From a virus (taxonomy: Duplodnaviria; Caudoviricetes): a stretch of 64,000 bases of DNA. The stretch lies in the IMG/VR virus record IMGVR_UViG_3300011008_000999, one strand, 5' to 3'. Position numbers and translations under genes: made by a program. The notes below the pieces were generated by a model that was not told the DNA's origin, made no database searches, and was given only the letters and a program-made list of their open reading frames with translations. Positions within the stretch are counted from its first letter, which is position 1. Each line of letters opens with the position of its first letter. Below, in pieces: positions 1 through 8,872 of the stretch.

Positions 1-135
1 ATAACAATCGCCAACCTCATATAGTTCCTTATTAGGACTATTTTTTGTCATAAGTGTTGCAAATTCCTTCAAACTTTGATACTCTTCAGAATCTTCTTTA
101 AAGGTACATTGCATACCTTGATGGTATTTACCCAT
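1..135 (-). CDS. hypothetical protein, partial (runs off window start)
   Basis: ATG at 135 just after the upstream stop; frame MGKYHQGMQCTFKEDSEEY... stays open to position 1. Confidence 0.6.
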   Translation of the reverse strand, partial: MGKYHQGMQCTFKEDSEEYQSLKEFATLMTKNSPNKELYEVGDCY

Positions 136-137
136 TT

Positions 138-482
138 TTATTCCTCCACTACATCAAAGTACATATCAATAGGTTCATCTTCAAAATAAAGATCACACTC
201 AATATTTTTGTACTCTACTGTACAATCTAAATTAGGATTGCCAGGTTTTTTTAATGTACAACGAGCATTTCTTGGAATATATACATCAATTCTATCTCCA
301 GTTTCAACTAAGTCTAATCCATAAGAATCGTCAATATTATCCAATTCGAGATTATCATTGGTAAGATTATCCCAACATTCAGAATAAGAATTTGGAGTCT
401 TTGAGTAAATGCAAAGTGGTTGAGTTACAAATGCAGTTATTTTTCCTTTGTTATTGAGTTCGTCTAATAACATAATTATCAC
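138..482 (-). CDS. hypothetical protein
   Basis: ORF with AAAGGA SD, operonic packing. Confidence 0.7.
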   Translation of the reverse strand: MIIMLLDELNNKGKITAFVTQPLCIYSKTPNSYSECWDNLTNDNLELDNIDDSYGLDLVETGDRIDVYIPRNARCTLKKPGNPNLDCTVEYKNIECDLYFEDEPIDMYFDVVEE

Positions 483-503
483 TCCTTTCTAGTCTTCAAA
501 TTT

Positions 504-773
504 CTATAAAAACCATCCACACATCCACGTTTTATCTGACCAGTCGTAAATTGCTATGATATCTCCAGATTTATCCTTTCTATATACCATAGTTGCAAAT
601 GATTCTGCATCTTCATAATATCTAAATCGATCATCTAGATTTGACCATAACAATTCGTTTGTATGCTCAGTAAGAAATTGTTTTAGTGCTCTTTTTGAAG
701 ACTTATCAATTTCTTTAATCTCTTCAAAGAGATCTGCTTTGATATAGCATACAGAATATCGTTCATTACACAT
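504..773 (-). CDS. hypothetical protein, paralogue of 5006..5296
   Basis: shared C-terminal motif F-x(3)-D/E-x-A...SGD-x(3)-IYD-x(3)-K-x-W. Confidence 0.7.
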   Translation of the reverse strand: MCNERYSVCYIKADLFEEIKEIDKSSKRALKQFLTEHTNELLWSNLDDRFRYYEDAESFATMVYRKDKSGDIIAIYDWSDKTWMCGWFL

Positions 774-1123
774 TAAATTTTTACAAATTGGTCAGTTTCA
801 CTATCAAGTGTAAAACTTCCCCATGTCCCTTCATAGATTGTACTTTTATCTTTCTGGACGATGGAATTAATAGTTCCGGCAAGAAACTTGTTTTGATCTT
901 TAATAATTTCTGTAGGCGATGTAGAATTTTTAGCATAAAAGATCATTAAGTCATCACCAACTTCAATTTTCTGATCTCTTTTTCCGCTTTGTATGATTCT
1001 TGCTTGTATAACCATTTCGTTACAATTATCACAACAGCGGCTTTCATAGTCATCCTTATTACAAAGAGGAAATGGATTATTTCCCCATTGTCCTACTGGA
1101 TTTCCGCATATACAACATTTCAT
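773..1123 (-). CDS. Cys-rich (CCIC...CCDNC) hypothetical protein, putative zinc-binding
   Basis: ORF, GAGGAG SD, paired Cys motifs. Confidence 0.7.
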   Translation of the reverse strand: MKCCICGNPVGQWGNNPFPLCNKDDYESRCCDNCNEMVIQARIIQSGKRDQKIEVGDDLMIFYAKNSTSPTEIIKDQNKFLAGTINSIVQKDKSTIYEGTWGSFTLDSETDQFVKI

Positions 1124-1126
1124 AGT

Positions 1127-1558
1127 TTACTCCTCAAAATCTAAATAAATTATAAATGCAGCTTCAAAAGGTTGATGTTCAATACACTGTTCAAAGTCCC
1201 AATTTTCTCCCATAGTAGGATTAGGTCTATATTCAACCTTAAGTTTAAGACTCTCAAGCTTCTCTTTAATTGCAAGTGCTGCTTTATCCATTTTCTTAAT
1301 ATTGTCATTATGAAGATCTTCAGCTATTGTACGAGTATTAAAGATCATAGGTGAAGTTGAACCAATCTCAATTCTATTATGCGCTCTATCGCTATGAACT
1401 ACTCTAAGATATAATCTTGGTGCTTTATAACCAGTCTGCACAGCTTCTTCTAACATAGCTTGAAGTTCATCTTCAAATCGTTCATCTTCGAGAATTTTAT
1501 TTACTGCAACTTCAGCGTCAAAATACTGTCCTGTAACAGCATCTAAATTAAATGCCAT
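1127..1558 (-). CDS. hypothetical protein
   Basis: ORF with GGAGGA SD. Confidence 0.75.
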   Translation of the reverse strand: MAFNLDAVTGQYFDAEVAVNKILEDERFEDELQAMLEEAVQTGYKAPRLYLRVVHSDRAHNRIEIGSTSPMIFNTRTIAEDLHNDNIKKMDKAALAIKEKLESLKLKVEYRPNPTMGENWDFEQCIEHQPFEAAFIIYLDFEE

Positions 1559-1571
1559 TGTTTTATCCTCC

Positions 1572-2045
1572 TTAGCGTTTTACAAATACATGCTCAGATG
1601 TATAACAATCTTCATTAGATGGTTCAGTCTTTTCACTAATCTGATCATAACCAAACTCATCCATAAGCCATTTAAGTCTTAGGTGTTGATGTTTCCAATC
1701 ACCATTTGTAATGTATACATGAACTATTCTACCTTCAGTCCATACTTCATACATTCCTTCAAATTTCTGTTCTCTAAGATATTCATCTACAATCTGTTCA
1801 AGACTTTTCTCTTCTTCAGGTGGAGTCATTTCTTTAAGATCAAACTCTTTTAATTCTGAAGTATTAAGAACACCATCTAAACAAATGTATAGACCAATTG
1901 TACCTTTATCATTCTTACCTTCACGAGACTCTAATACATGAAGATCCTTAGGAATAGTGCCAGGACCTGTGCCATGTAAAGTAAAGTACCAATAACGTCT
2001 TTTCTCGTAAGGTACTTCATCTGAATATCTTTTAGGTGTGTCCAT
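1572..2045 (-). CDS. hypothetical protein, N-terminal domain resembling DarA_C (defence-against-restriction C-terminal) type
   Basis: YWYF...GPGTIPKD...LNTSELKEFDL resembles the Y-x-Y...G-x-x-P...L-x-x-x-E-x-x-x-Y/F-E/D-L pattern (by eye). Confidence 0.45.
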   Translation of the reverse strand: MDTPKRYSDEVPYEKRRYWYFTLHGTGPGTIPKDLHVLESREGKNDKGTIGLYICLDGVLNTSELKEFDLKEMTPPEEEKSLEQIVDEYLREQKFEGMYEVWTEGRIVHVYITNGDWKHQHLRLKWLMDEFGYDQISEKTEPSNEDCYTSEHVFVKR

Positions 2046-2401
2046 ATTGTATCTCCTTAAAGTTCTACTAAATCTACAATTTGTATACTATATTGAGTAT
2101 CTTTATATTCATCTTTAATTTTTACTACTTCATTAGCAGTTAATGGATTTGATTTACCATACATTAACCATTCACTAGTTTCATTATCTTCATCCACAAA
2201 TTCTTCGTCTTCACGCGCAAGTCTATCCATAAGTGTAGAATATTTATCACGAAATAAACTATATACTTCATCTAACACATCTGTGTCATCATACTCGTGT
2301 GTAAATTCTGAATGTTTAAATTTTTCATATATTGCAATATCAATTATAAATTTTTTATCAGTAACTGCTAAAATTTCAGTTGTAGGTATATCTTCTATAT
2401 A

Positions 2402-2600
2402 TACATTACCTATATTAGTGAACTACTCCGACTTATAGAAGTCGGAGCTTCCTGCTTCAACCACTACTGCGTTGGTTACGTTGATACGTAACTCAATGTC
2501 TTACACAGTGTCCACAGGCGTATAAGTTTGGGCTATTCCATCCCTACTGGATATTTAGTTTATGCTACCTCGGTGAGTAGCCGTAATCCCTCGTTTAGGA
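2402..2600 (-). ncRNA. predicted TnpB omegaRNA (right-end RNA) with guide from the flank
   Basis: known IS605 architecture: structured 3' region of tnpB to the right end, guide is adjacent flank 2417..~2402; 5' boundary approximate. Confidence 0.6.
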
Positions 2601-3699
2601 TATTGATAGCTGCGTTTTGGTCACGGCTTATTGTAAGTCCACACTCGCATGTCATTTTACGGATAGTTAAGTCCTTCATTTTGGGATGTAGCATTCCACA
2701 ACAATGGCATATCTGCGATGACGGAAACCACTTATCTACTTTTACAAGATACCTGTTCCTATCGGATAGCTTGTATTCAAGCATAGATAAAAACATACCA
2801 TATCCGTTATCAAGAGTGGCTTTGCCGTTACCAAAACCTTTATTTGACATAGATTTCATGTTCAGAGATTCTACGCATACAACATCATACTGATTGGCTA
2901 TCTCAGTAGATATTTTATGCAGATTATCTAATCTCTGATTAGCTATATGTCTATGGATTTTATTTACTTTACGTAATTGCTTTATATAATTATTGGACTT
3001 AGCTTCGTGTTTCTTAGACCCTTGCATACGTGATAGTTTGCGTTGAGCTTTTGCAAGTTTATCATGGCTTTCACGATAGTATTTGTGATTTGTACCAATG
3101 TTACCGTTACTATTTACATATAAGCCGTCAGATGCATAATCTAATCCAATAGCATTGTTTTTATCAGCCACGTAAGGATTTACGGCATTCTCAAACTCAA
3201 AAAGAACAGAGATATAATACTTACCATCTGATTCCTGTGATACTGTAGCTGATTTTATAATCCAATTGCTATCAGGAATGCGATGGATTACAGCCTTTAC
3301 CTTACCTATCTTAGGAAGCTTGATATATTTATTCTCTATGATAGCAACAGTGCCTTTTTGATTATTAGTAGTATAAGACTTACGGCTATGCTTGGCAGAC
3401 TTGAATTTAGGAAATCCGTTTTTCTTTTTACGGGATTTTCTAAATGTATTGTGAAATGCCGCTTGTAAATCCATCTGTTTATTGGCAAGAGCAAGACTAT
3501 CAACCTCTTTGAGATATGGATAGTCTTTCTTGTATTTAGCAGGTGTGACAGTAGGAAACTTGCCAGTTAGCTTATAGCCGTCAATCTTATCAGAAAGCAT
3601 AAGATTATAGACCTTACGGCAACAACCAAAGGTCTTAGCAAACATAACAGATTGTTCAGTTGTAGGATATACTCTGTACTTAATTGCCTTATTTGCCAT
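2560..3699 (-). CDS. tnpB: RNA-guided endonuclease TnpB
   Basis: N-terminal HTH (KYRVYPT...FGCCRKVYN), RuvC residues GLDY / VESL / RDQNAA, zinc ribbon CHCC...CEC. Confidence 0.95.
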   Translation of the reverse strand: MANKAIKYRVYPTTEQSVMFAKTFGCCRKVYNLMLSDKIDGYKLTGKFPTVTPAKYKKDYPYLKEVDSLALANKQMDLQAAFHNTFRKSRKKKNGFPKFKSAKHSRKSYTTNNQKGTVAIIENKYIKLPKIGKVKAVIHRIPDSNWIIKSATVSQESDGKYYISVLFEFENAVNPYVADKNNAIGLDYASDGLYVNSNGNIGTNHKYYRESHDKLAKAQRKLSRMQGSKKHEAKSNNYIKQLRKVNKIHRHIANQRLDNLHKISTEIANQYDVVCVESLNMKSMSNKGFGNGKATLDNGYGMFLSMLEYKLSDRNRYLVKVDKWFPSSQICHCCGMLHPKMKDLTIRKMTCECGLTISRDQNAAINILNEGLRLLTEVA

Positions 3700-4096
3700 C
3701 TTTCTTTCCTTGTGATTGAATGTATTGTTTTATAATATCTACAGTAGCTCCGCCTGTGGTTAACAGACAAAAACTCTGTGACCAGAACATCTCTTTCCAT
3801 AATGACTTACGAATTTGAGGATATTCTTTTTTGATAAGCCTACTGCTTGCAGATTTATAAGCATTGATAAATTTGCTTATTTCTGTATTGGGCTGTCCTC
3901 GAAATAGTATATGTACATGGTCTATATCGTGATTCCATTCCTCTAACGAGATGTTATAGGAAGGAGCTATCTTCTCAAATATCTCTTTGAGACGATTTGA
4001 GATTTTATCATTTATCACCTTATTGCGGTACTTCACGCACATGATAAGGTGATAGTGCAACATGAATACTGAATGATTATTTGTATCTAATTGCAT
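3689..4096 (-). CDS. tnpA: IS200/IS605 Y1 HUH transposase
   Basis: HUH motif DHVHIL, W-S-x-S-F, catalytic Tyr in KQYIQSQ. Confidence 0.95.
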   Translation of the reverse strand: MQLDTNNHSVFMLHYHLIMCVKYRNKVINDKISNRLKEIFEKIAPSYNISLEEWNHDIDHVHILFRGQPNTEISKFINAYKSASSRLIKKEYPQIRKSLWKEMFWSQSFCLLTTGGATVDIIKQYIQSQGKKDGK

Positions 4097-4311
4097 TGTA
4101 TTTATAACCTTTCTGATATATACGACTGATTTGTAATTAGATTATAATGCTATAAGATACAAAAGTCAAGAAAACGCCGTGTTTATCGCAATTCATCCCA
4201 CCACCTACGCTTTCGCTTAGAGGTGGGGGATTTCTTGCTCACAGCGTGTTAAAATATTTTTCAAATCTTTTCATATCTTCTGAGTGTTTCACTACAATTT
4301 CTCCTTATAAT

Positions 4312-4563
4312 TTATCTAAGTACTCGTCTTGTATAATCATAGTATTCATCTTCTGTAGCTTCTTCAATTTCAGCTACACTACTTCTTTTAATAAAACCAA
4401 TTTCATTAAACTTGTCAAACCAAGCCTTTGCATCAGCTTTACTATTTGCCTGAATTACACATACAATAGCTTTAGAAGTGAATAATTCTTCATTAGCATC
4501 AAATTCTGTTGTTTCAGTTAATTTGAAATACATGCTTTTTATCCTTTCCAAAACTTTCCGCAA
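4312..4563 (-). CDS. hypothetical protein (likely start MYFK at about 4533)
   Basis: ORF in operon, AAGGA SD before the internal ATG. Confidence 0.65.
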   Translation of the reverse strand: MRKVLERIKSMYFKLTETTEFDANEELFTSKAIVCVIQANSKADAKAWFDKFNEIGFIKRSSVAEIEEATEDEYYDYTRRVLR

Positions 4564-4991
4564 TATTTAGCATAAGCTACAAGTTCTGCTTCAGTTGCAG
4601 GTTCAAAGTCGTCTTCAATATACTGAATAGTACCGTGTTTATTGACAAATTCAAGAATTTCATCAATATCCTTACCAATCATAACTGGAATATGCTCAGT
4701 ATCAGGTGGAAGACCAATTCTTCCCCACTCAGTACGTTCATACTTAACTTTTCTAATGATCCAATCAGGTTGAGTATCAAGAAGATAATTGATATAGTCT
4801 ACAAAAGCTACATCTTCTTCTTTCCATTCTACTTTATCAAGATTGTCTACAATAGGAGCTCCACACATATCGCAGAATTTTGGCTTATAATTAGGACCAG
4901 CATTGATAATATGTCTACAATTATTACAATAAACATGAGTACAAATTGTAGGCGAATTTCCATACTTTAAGTAAACTTCATACTCAACCAT
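4539..4991 (-). CDS. zinc-ribbon-containing hypothetical protein
   Basis: CNNC...CDMCG. Confidence 0.7.
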   Translation of the reverse strand: MVEYEVYLKYGNSPTICTHVYCNNCRHIINAGPNYKPKFCDMCGAPIVDNLDKVEWKEEDVAFVDYINYLLDTQPDWIIRKVKYERTEWGRIGLPPDTEHIPVMIGKDIDEILEFVNKHGTIQYIEDDFEPATEAELVAYAKYCGKFWKG

Positions 4992-5005
4992 ATCGCTACC
5001 TCTCT

Positions 5006-5296
5006 CTAATTAAACCAGATTTTTTCCTCTCTGTCATAAATGGACGCATCATCACCACTTCTGTGCGAATCTACGTATTTTACTGCACATTCATTTGCTT
5101 CATCTTCTGAATCAAATTCACCAAGTTGTTCACCATAATCCATTGGATCACGACGACCAGATTCAAGAGCTTCAAACAATTCTATATCATAGTCTTGCAT
5201 ATAGTTCTCTTGACAATCTCTATCAAAACCATATACTACATAACGTTTTGTATTATTATCCATGACTCCAAACCTCCTTAGTTCATTTCCTGCCAA
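5006..5296 (-). CDS. hypothetical protein, paralogue of 504..773
   Basis: EFDSEDEA...SGDDASIYDREEKIW motif. Confidence 0.65.
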   Translation of the reverse strand: MAGNELRRFGVMDNNTKRYVVYGFDRDCQENYMQDYDIELFEALESGRRDPMDYGEQLGEFDSEDEANECAVKYVDSHRSGDDASIYDREEKIWFN

Positions 5297-5601
5297 CCAT
5301 AACTATCACAATACCACATACGAGAATCATCAAATATAACAATATCAGATGTACTCATAGAATGTGCTCTAAAGTCACTAGGTCTAGCAGTATTGAACTT
5401 AACGAACATTGCTTCGAGTATCTCCTCATCAGTATGATTCTCAAAATCTTCCTCATACTCATATACTTTTTCGTAATAATTCTTAAGATCTCTCTTAAGA
5501 TTAGGAATAACCTTAGTTACATACGAATAATCCATAAAGGAGATATCGTGACGTTCATCAATATCATTACGCACTTGATAAATTTCAACTTTAGTTGTCA
5601 T
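5278..5601 (-). CDS. YodL-like domain protein
   Basis: IYQ...FMDY...YEKVY...LEAMFVKFN..RPSDFRAHSMSTSDIV...WYCDSYGW matches the YodL pattern. Confidence 0.8.
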   Translation of the reverse strand: MTTKVEIYQVRNDIDERHDISFMDYSYVTKVIPNLKRDLKNYYEKVYEYEEDFENHTDEEILEAMFVKFNTARPSDFRAHSMSTSDIVIFDDSRMWYCDSYGWQEMN

Positions 5602-5670
5602 TTTTTAGCTCCTCCTTTGTTTGTTATTTGTATTTTTTAATTTCCATTCTATTATATATAAATAGCTTAA

Positions 5671-6168
5671 TCAAAATCTTGACTCAGCTATTTCTATAAG
5701 CTTGTCTAACTCTTTTTCTTCAAGAAGTTCGAATTCTTCTTCAGTTAATCCGATAATATAAGTCTTTCCACCCATTGGAACATCATGTGAAGATTCTCTA
5801 CATTTAATAGCATTTCTACCTTCTTCTTGTAAGTCAAGTGATATATCATAAGATCTTTCACAAGTTTTTGTGATTTCGTCAGTAAACATATATCCACTTG
5901 CACCATTATATTTACATCCACATGCAATTACAAGATAGTGAGGGAATTTACCAATCTTATCTGTAAGAATATAATTAAGTTCATTTTCGTCGAACTCACC
6001 TGATTCCCAATCTATTGCATCTTCTGAAATATCTGCATTTCTAATTTCTTCTAAACTAAGAATTAAAACACCTTCATCTGGTGAATCACCTACATAGTTA
6101 CGCATTTGTTCATCATTAAGCTTAGTTTGATCTACTTTATAAAAAGTACAAGAATCTAAAATATTCAT
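5671..6168 (-). CDS. hypothetical protein
   Basis: ORF with GGAGG SD. Confidence 0.7.
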   Translation of the reverse strand: MNILDSCTFYKVDQTKLNDEQMRNYVGDSPDEGVLILSLEEIRNADISEDAIDWESGEFDENELNYILTDKIGKFPHYLVIACGCKYNGASGYMFTDEITKTCERSYDISLDLQEEGRNAIKCRESSHDVPMGGKTYIIGLTEEEFELLEEKELDKLIEIAESRF

Positions 6169-6170
6169 AA

Positions 6171-6371
6171 TTATACCTCCAAACAGATCTTAATATAGCC
6201 ACCACATCTATAGACTTTTTCAGTATTATCCCATTTCCAATCAGTATCTTTCATGGGTTCATAATCTTCAATTCCTTTATAGATTTGATTTTCATTTTCA
6301 TCATATACGATTACAATGTCATCTTCAAACTCTATTTGTTTTCTTGCGTATGTCTTATATCCTCTTTTCAT
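6171..6371 (-). CDS. hypothetical protein
   Basis: ORF with GGAGG SD. Confidence 0.7.
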   Translation of the reverse strand: MKRGYKTYARKQIEFEDDIVIVYDENENQIYKGIEDYEPMKDTDWKWDNTEKVYRCGGYIKICLEV

Positions 6372-6382
6372 AACATACCTCC

Positions 6383-6634
6383 TTAGTCGTGCCAGATAGT
6401 ATCTGGAATTCGATACTTAAGCTGCTTAGCAAGCTCTCTAAGCTCTTCTAACTCACGCTTATCAAATTCAGATTCTACAGGAGATTCATAGGAGTCACCG
6501 TAAGCTTTCAAGGTAAACTCTAACGTATCATTTTTTCCAGATCTATTTATACAGTCATTTACATCTTCAAAACACCATAAATAGTGCTTTTCTAAGATTT
6601 CTACAAATCTTTCAGCTACAATTCTAGCATTCAT
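6383..6634 (-). CDS. hypothetical protein
   Basis: ORF with GGAGG SD. Confidence 0.7.
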   Translation of the reverse strand: MNARIVAERFVEILEKHYLWCFEDVNDCINRSGKNDTLEFTLKAYGDSYESPVESEFDKRELEELRELAKQLKYRIPDTIWHD

Positions 6635-6645
6635 AGTAATACCTC

Positions 6646-6972
6646 CTATTCTTCTACACTTAAGAGTCTAGGATTATAAATATAATAGTTATCAGAATAT
6701 GATGAAGGTGGTACAAAATAACCAGTAATTCTAACCATCTTTCCTTCTTCAAATGCAAGATCCTTTGCAATCTTTGAATCATATTCTGTCATATCTGCAT
6801 TTAGAGAAGCATCATAGATATATGTATTACCTTCACCATCAGCAAATCTAAACGCATCATGATTCTTACCTTTATAATAATCTGAGTTATTTACTGAGTC
6901 TAACTTAAGTGTTTTAGTTTCGTGTTCAAGTTCGATTCTCTGTCCATCAGGACTTCTAAAAGTTTTAGCCAT
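6646..6972 (-). CDS. hypothetical protein
   Basis: ORF with GGAGG SD. Confidence 0.7.
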   Translation of the reverse strand: MAKTFRSPDGQRIELEHETKTLKLDSVNNSDYYKGKNHDAFRFADGEGNTYIYDASLNADMTEYDSKIAKDLAFEEGKMVRITGYFVPPSSYSDNYYIYNPRLLSVEE

Positions 6973-6982
6973 AATGTCCTCC

Positions 6983-7291
6983 TTAATGTCCAGTCATTGC
7001 TCCAACATCCCAAGGTTCAAAATAATATTTGCTTTCAGCATCATCTGAACTCCAAAATTCAGTTTGCATAAGTTCTACTTCTACTGGAATCTTAATTCCG
7101 TGTGCTTCAGCTTCAACACCTTCATAGATCTTCATCATTACTTCATACCAAATAGCTCCATCTTCAAAGACATACGTCTTACGATAGTATTCAGCAGAAT
7201 TTCCTTGAGTATCACACTGAAAGTCATTATTATGTTTACTAAAGAATTTCTTCTTTTCTTCTTCATATTCATGATATTTGACAGTATTCAT
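6983..7291 (-). CDS. hypothetical protein
   Basis: ORF with AGGAG SD. Confidence 0.7.
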   Translation of the reverse strand: MNTVKYHEYEEEKKKFFSKHNNDFQCDTQGNSAEYYRKTYVFEDGAIWYEVMMKIYEGVEAEAHGIKIPVEVELMQTEFWSSDDAESKYYFEPWDVGAMTGH

Positions 7292-7302
7292 AATATAACT
7301 CC

Positions 7303-7605
7303 TTAAAAAATGTCGATTTTGTCTAAAGTAAATTCATTTAATTCTGGATGTGTTTTAAGTAAATCTCTAATATTATTATTAAGTTTATCTTTTAATTCAT
7401 CTAGATCTATATCATTTTTACATGAACATGACCATTGACATTTGTAATTATCCATTACTTTAACAGGTTCACTATATCCGCTAATTAAAATAATTCCAAA
7501 ATCTCTAAGAATTTCATTATACTCAAACTTAGTGTCCCATTTAACAAAACTTATATAATCACCATTAAGTGTAAATATTATATGACTCATTCTATATTCC
7601 TCCAT
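7303..7605 (-). CDS. hypothetical protein (start may be MSH at about 7590)
   Basis: ORF directly downstream of a sigma-A promoter. Confidence 0.65.
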   Translation of the reverse strand: MEEYRMSHIIFTLNGDYISFVKWDTKFEYNEILRDFGIILISGYSEPVKVMDNYKCQWSCSCKNDIDLDELKDKLNNNIRDLLKTHPELNEFTLDKIDIF

Positions 7606-7611
7606 AAAGTT

Positions 7612-7640
7612 ATTATATCATGTAATCACAGAAATGTAAA
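7612..7640 (-). promoter_or_regulatory. sigma-A-type promoter
   Basis: TTTACA-17 nt-TATAAT with extended TG. Confidence 0.75.
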
Positions 7641-7705
7641 CTCTTTAAAACAAAATGCTAACCTATTTTCATAGATTGGCATTTTTCACATTCTTACGTT
7701 ATTTT

Positions 7706-7737
7706 ATTATAATTAAATAGCTCTTAAATGTAAATAG
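7706..7737 (-). promoter_or_regulatory. sigma-A-type promoter with a nested GAGCTATTTA box
   Basis: CTA-TTTACA-17 nt-TATAAT; GAGCTATTTA at 7714-7723. Confidence 0.7.
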
Positions 7738-7744
7738 CTGTACA

Positions 7745-7778
7745 AAAAGAATGCTTAGCCTATTTCTAGACTAAGCAT
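7745..7778 (-). terminator. intrinsic terminator
   Basis: AATGCTTAG...CTAAGCATT stem followed by a U-tract on the minus strand. Confidence 0.75.
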
Positions 7779-7800
7779 TGTTATACTTCTACATCTTGTT

Positions 7801-8835
7801 CTATATAATTTCTTTTAAGTAGCTAATATAGAACTCTATTTCTTGTCTGGACCATAATACTACATAATTAAGATTATTCTTTTGTGCAGTATCTCTCTTT
7901 TTTAGATCACTTTTTGTCCAAACATTAATAGCATTAGTGTATTGTTTATGTCCATTTTTTGCTTTATCTTTCCATATAGATAAAGTATCTAGATCGGCTT
8001 GACTATTTTTATCAAAGAAGTGATTATTATGTGACCAATATATATTAAGCTCTATATAAATATCATAGTCGATTAAATAAAAATCACAATAAAATGGATA
8101 TTTTGCTGAACTATATTGTGTCGTAAATCTTATACCAAGATTTGTTAATTCTTTCTCAAAATAATCTTCATCACTAGAATAATTACCATTCTGTCTCATA
8201 GTAGCATTAGCTTTTATTCTTGCATCTCTACTATTACCTGGATTAGTTGTTCCATATTTTTTCATTGATGTAGATATAATCTTATCTTTTACTGATGGAA
8301 GTTGATAAACATTAGTATATTGTTCACCATATTTATGTTTGATCGTATTAACTATACTCTCTTTATGAGAAGCTGATTTATTATAGCAAGTCATACAACC
8401 AATTCCAATTAAATGTTTTGTAGTTTGCTGACAAGTTTTACACCATTTTATAGTATCTTTTTCATGAGCTTTTTTCATATTTACTGAACCAGTTTTTAAT
8501 CCTACTTTACTAGAACTTATTCTAGCTTTTTCAGACTTATTTCGTTCAATCATGTGTTGTCTAGCTTGTTCTATATTTTTAGGATTACTTCTAAAAGTTT
8601 GATTCTGTTTTTCTATTTTGTCTGAATCTTTATTGGAACATTTACTACTACAATATGTATGAAAGCCGTTTGCAAGATTTATAAATTTAGTATCATTTCC
8701 GCAAACTTTACAAGTATGGTTACTATCAATATACTGTATATAGTACAAATCAGATGAAAGTTTATGAGCTTGTCTAATATGTGAACTTAGTGCTTTATAA
8801 CGTATAAAGTCTTTTTCACAAATTCTACATTTCAT
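7801..8835 (-). CDS. free-standing homing endonuclease, Vsr-like/PD-(D/E)xK C-terminal domain with N-terminal zinc motifs
   Basis: CRIC..H..H, CKVC, YCS..C, KYG repeats, then YPFYCDFY...IELN..WSH...VWT..D..K...LNYVVLW shared with 17295 and 35605. Confidence 0.8.
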   Translation of the reverse strand: MKCRICEKDFIRYKALSSHIRQAHKLSSDLYYIQYIDSNHTCKVCGNDTKFINLANGFHTYCSSKCSNKDSDKIEKQNQTFRSNPKNIEQARQHMIERNKSEKARISSSKVGLKTGSVNMKKAHEKDTIKWCKTCQQTTKHLIGIGCMTCYNKSASHKESIVNTIKHKYGEQYTNVYQLPSVKDKIISTSMKKYGTTNPGNSRDARIKANATMRQNGNYSSDEDYFEKELTNLGIRFTTQYSSAKYPFYCDFYLIDYDIYIELNIYWSHNNHFFDKNSQADLDTLSIWKDKAKNGHKQYTNAINVWTKSDLKKRDTAQKNNLNYVVLWSRQEIEFYISYLKEII

Positions 8836-8872
8836 CTGATTGTACCTCCACAGATTGATCTATATAGATAGC
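8825..8872 (-). other. putative very short split-intein N-fragment (AIYIDQSVEVQSDEM)
   Basis: starts right after Walker A GK, a classic intein insertion site; fits the block-A pattern A/C-h-x-x-D-x-x-V; conserved duplicate YIEQDVEV* at 7781-7807. Confidence 0.6.

Larger units (their letters stand above)
2418..4248 (-). mobile_element. IS200/IS605-family insertion sequence (tnpA + tnpB)
   Basis: subterminal hairpins near 4195-4230 (left end) and 2426-2447 (CTCCGACTT...AAGTCGGAG, right end); right end ...TTCAC; TTTAA immediately 5' of the left end; no target duplication. Confidence 0.9.
2057..4292 (-). pseudogene. 134-aa hypothetical gene interrupted by the IS605 element
   Basis: AAGGAG SD and GTG at 4292 (MKHSEDMKRFEKYF); removing 2418..4248 joins in frame to NNIGNVYIED... 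and into ORF 2057..2278. Confidence 0.8.

Noticed and set aside
2418-4248. IStron (group I intron fused to IS605)
   Set aside because: Only about 150 nt lie between the left end and tnpA, and no group I core motifs were seen.
8810-8835. Stop-codon reassignment or TAG readthrough to explain the truncated ATPase
   Set aside because: Reading through TAG meets TGA two codons later, and TAG, TAA and TGA all end ordinary genes in the window.
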